Positions 17,604-20,000 of a stretch of 20,000 nt of DNA are shown piece after piece. This DNA is from Thraustochytrium aureum (Eukaryota), in the NCBI GenBank assembly GCA_012862495.1, contig BLSG01000449.1, positions 80,090-100,089 of the forward strand, written 5' to 3'. The notes under the pieces were generated by a model. It was not told the origin of the DNA. It searched no databases and saw nothing but the letters and a program-made list of their open reading frames with translations. Numbering within the stretch: the first letter of the stretch is position 1; every line of letters begins with the position of its first letter. Position numbers and translations under genes: made by a program.

Positions 17604-18956
17604 CTATCCCGAAGCCGGGGCAGGTGGCACGGACGGCGCAGGCTCAGAGGCACCAGCATCAGCTTGGACGGGGACCGCGGGGACAAAGGAGCGCTGGACA
17701 ATGTCGTCGACGACCCACTGCGCATCGAGGCACATCCCATGGAGGAAGTTGGAGGCCATCGATCGTTCATTGTAGAACCCGACCCAGTAGATGCCTGGCG
17801 CGGCTTCGCAGGTCGGCCCGGTCGGGTACTTGTTGTGGTCCAAGATGCCCGCGGCCTTGGGCACATGGAGCCACGGGTAGGAAACATCAAGCCCAGTCGC
17901 CCACAACACGTTGGTAATCCCCGCGGCGGCAAGGTCGAGTTCGGTTGGCGCGTTCGGCGCGTCGGAGATGAGCTCGCTGCACGGGTCAAAGCCAGGGTCG
18001 TGGTGCGGTTCGGGACTGGGAAACTCGCGTCCAGCGGTGAGTTGCTCAAGCAAGCCGCAAAAGCCAGCGTATCCAGCGTCCAGCAACGCCACGTTTTCGG
18101 CGAGATCACTTCCGAACTTGGCCGTTTGGCCGTCCTCGGCGACATCGTTGAGATGCCCGAGGAGCTTGACCCCTGCTCGCGCAAGAGTATGAAAGTTGAT
18201 GGTTTTCGACGCGCCGACCTGCGGCGGAACAGGCTTGGCGATTTGGTCCGGCGGGAGCATCTCGCGGGGGGTATATAGGAAGCCGATGTCTCTCAGCATG
18301 GTGATGATGTCCATCCCGCGGTAGCTGCGGGGCATGGCGCCCACTTTCGAGGTCGCCATGTACACCTTGCGTCCGGCCTGAACAAACTCGTCGGCGAGCT
18401 GCACCCCCGTCTGCGCAGCGCCAACTACAAGGACGCCCCCCTCGGCGAGCTGCTCCGGGTTCTTGTATGTCTTGATGTTGAACTGGCGGATCGAGCTTGA
18501 CAGCTTGCTCGCAAAGGCGGGGATCTTGGGATTCTGCAGCGCCCCGCAAGCGATGATGACGTTGTCCGTCCCAACGGCGTGTTTGTTCCCGTCCTTGTCA
18601 GTCCATTCCACCTTGTAGCCCTCGTCGGCGGCGCTTGGCGTGACGCTCGTGACGGTGCAGCCAAGTTTAACAGGGAGCTCTTTGTCGGCCAAGTAGGCGT
18701 CCCAGCTCCCCAGGCACTCGCTCACCGGAACGGCGGCGCTCTCCCCGTCGATGCTGTCCGACTCCTGCCCGATCATGCGGTTCGACCAGTGGGGCGTGTT
18801 CATCTTGAACGTGTCCCACCGCTCATCGCGCCAAACGTGCAGAACAGTGCTCGCTTTCTCCAGGACGATGTGGTGCAGCTTGCTGTTCTTGAGGGCGAGC
18901 GAGGCCTGCAAGCCTGCAAAGCCCGCTCCGATCACGACAGCGTGAACGTCGTCCAT
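17604..18956 (-). CDS. Flavin-containing monooxygenase-like NAD(P)/FAD oxidoreductase (bacterial CzcO/TrkA-flavoprotein type), 450 aa
   Basis: FAD Rossmann VVIGAGFAG, WRDERWDTFKMNTP, YKNPEQL, second Rossmann VLVVGAAQTGVQLADE, VLWATG, GIYWVG. First ATG is 18956 (the track's 18959 is GTG); TAG at 17604-17606. Confidence 0.93.
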   Translation of the reverse strand: MDDVHAVVIGAGFAGLQASLALKNSKLHHIVLEKASTVLHVWRDERWDTFKMNTPHWSNRMIGQESDSIDGESAAVPVSECLGSWDAYLADKELPVKLGCTVTSVTPSAADEGYKVEWTDKDGNKHAVGTDNVIIACGALQNPKIPAFASKLSSSIRQFNIKTYKNPEQLAEGGVLVVGAAQTGVQLADEFVQAGRKVYMATSKVGAMPRSYRGMDIITMLRDIGFLYTPREMLPPDQIAKPVPPQVGASKTINFHTLARAGVKLLGHLNDVAEDGQTAKFGSDLAENVALLDAGYAGFCGLLEQLTAGREFPSPEPHHDPGFDPCSELISDAPNAPTELDLAAAGITNVLWATGLDVSYPWLHVPKAAGILDHNKYPTGPTCEAAPGIYWVGFYNERSMASNFLHGMCLDAQWVVDDIVQRSFVPAVPVQADAGASEPAPSVPPAPASG

Positions 18957-19014
18957 CACTCTCCGTCGTTACAATTGCTGTGCGCACTTGCGGCGAGCCC
19001 CTACAGGAGTGGAG

Positions 19015-19110
19015 TCTGTGCGTGCCTGCGCGAGAGTCAGTGTGCGAGTGTGTGCGAGTGCGACCGTGCCTGCCTGCGAGCTTGGTGCCTGGTGCGTGCG
19101 AGCGTGCGTC
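19015..19110. repeat. Degenerate GTGC/GAGT/CTGC tetranucleotide low-complexity tract upstream of the monooxygenase
   Basis: gtgcgtgcctgcgcgagagtcagtgtgcgagtgtgtgcgagtgcgaccgtgcctgcctgcgag...gtgcgtgcgagcgtgcgt. Confidence 0.6.
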
Positions 19111-19355
19111 GTTACCTACGCGTTGAGGGTCTGCAGCTGGCCGACGCTGCTCCGCTCCATGTAACAGATCATGCAATGTGCAGTAGAAGGGTGGTAGTAA
19201 CATTTACAGCTCAGCAGGGAGGGTAGGTATCCTCCTGACTGCGGCGGCATTTCTTCGTGGACACAACTGGAGGAGTGACACCGAGTGACAGAGGCGCGAC
19301 GCTCTGTCCGATGTACGAGTGAGTTGCAAGTCCCTTGTTCGTAGTTCTTGTAGGA

Positions 19356-19518
19356 CCAAACCAGGTCGCGCCATTCGAGTCGGTCGTCGAGGTGGTTCTT
19401 GATCAAACTGCCTTTTTCTTGTTCGGTTGGATCTATTGCGTAGGCTACATGCCAACCCAAGTCGCGCCATCCGAGTCGGTCGTCGTGGTGGTTCAAACTG
19501 ACCTTGTGTGTTTCTTGT
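19356..19518. repeat. Diverged direct repeat, two copies 96 nt apart
   Basis: ccaaaccaggtcgcgccattcgagtcggtcgtcgaggtggttcttgatcaaactg versus ccaacccaagtcgcgccatccgagtcggtcgtcgtggtggttcaaactg; core gtcgcgccat at 19365 and 19461. Confidence 0.85.
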
Positions 19519-20000
19519 CAAGGTTGCGCTTCTCGATAATCCATGTGGTTGGTGGTGTAACTCTACGTAGCGCTAAAAGACGGGAGGTGCTTCTCGATCC
19601 TGTCGTTCGAGGTCCACTGGTCCCAACAGGACTGTCTCTGGCTCGTCGAATGATCGAGCCTCGCGTGCTATTAGACGTTGCAAAACATGCTACTGGTATT
19701 CGCATTGGTAGAAGACACGACGCAGGTCCGCGACCCATCACGGTCGGCAGTGTGGGCGTTCGAGGAGAAGCGGCGCCGTTTTTTACGTTGTCTTGGTTTG
19801 CCATTGCCAAAACGTTCAGCGGGATCCAAGTTGCACGCGTTGCTCGCTCGTGGGCCAGCTTTTCGCGCTTCACCTCGCCTGAAGGCTGCCTGCTAGCTCG
19901 GCTGTCTTGCATCGCCCCCCCTCCCCTGGCGGCACAGTCGCGTTGCGGGCGAAACTGTTGAGCATTGCAACGGGTCTTGGGTGTAGGTTTTCGCAGGCAA

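Noticed and set aside
1..18956. The six genes as one operon-like functional cluster
   Set aside because: Eukaryotic context, mixed orientation and unrelated predicted functions; nothing in the sequence supports co-function.
19335..19961. 208-aa plus-strand and 139-aa minus-strand ORFs
   Set aside because: No motifs, composition unlike the real genes, and mutually overlapping.

Overview
GC-rich, gene-dense, apparently intron-free eukaryotic DNA with four N-runs. A stramenopile protist such as a thraustochytrid is my guess from style only. The dominant feature is missing from the supplied ORF track because it runs off the left edge. It is one uninterrupted minus-strand ORF from ATG 9744 past position 1 (at least 3248 aa), encoding a signal-peptide protein built from at least 25 diverged helical repeats of about 90-145 aa, each with exactly four cysteines. 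The Cys spacing resembles an elicitin (sterol-carrier) domain lacking one disulfide; this is a hypothesis. The other genes are a small coiled-coil/Cys-rich protein, a 6x C2H2 + 3CxxC (ZCCHC24/ZAR1-type) zinc-finger protein, an RXYLT1/TMEM5-like type II glycosyltransferase, an F-box/beta-propeller protein crossing a gap, and a bacterial-type flavin monooxygenase. A divergent intergenic region carries clustered GCCATCTT and GGCGCGAAC motifs. I saw no RNA genes, CRISPR arrays or recognisable transposase/RT.
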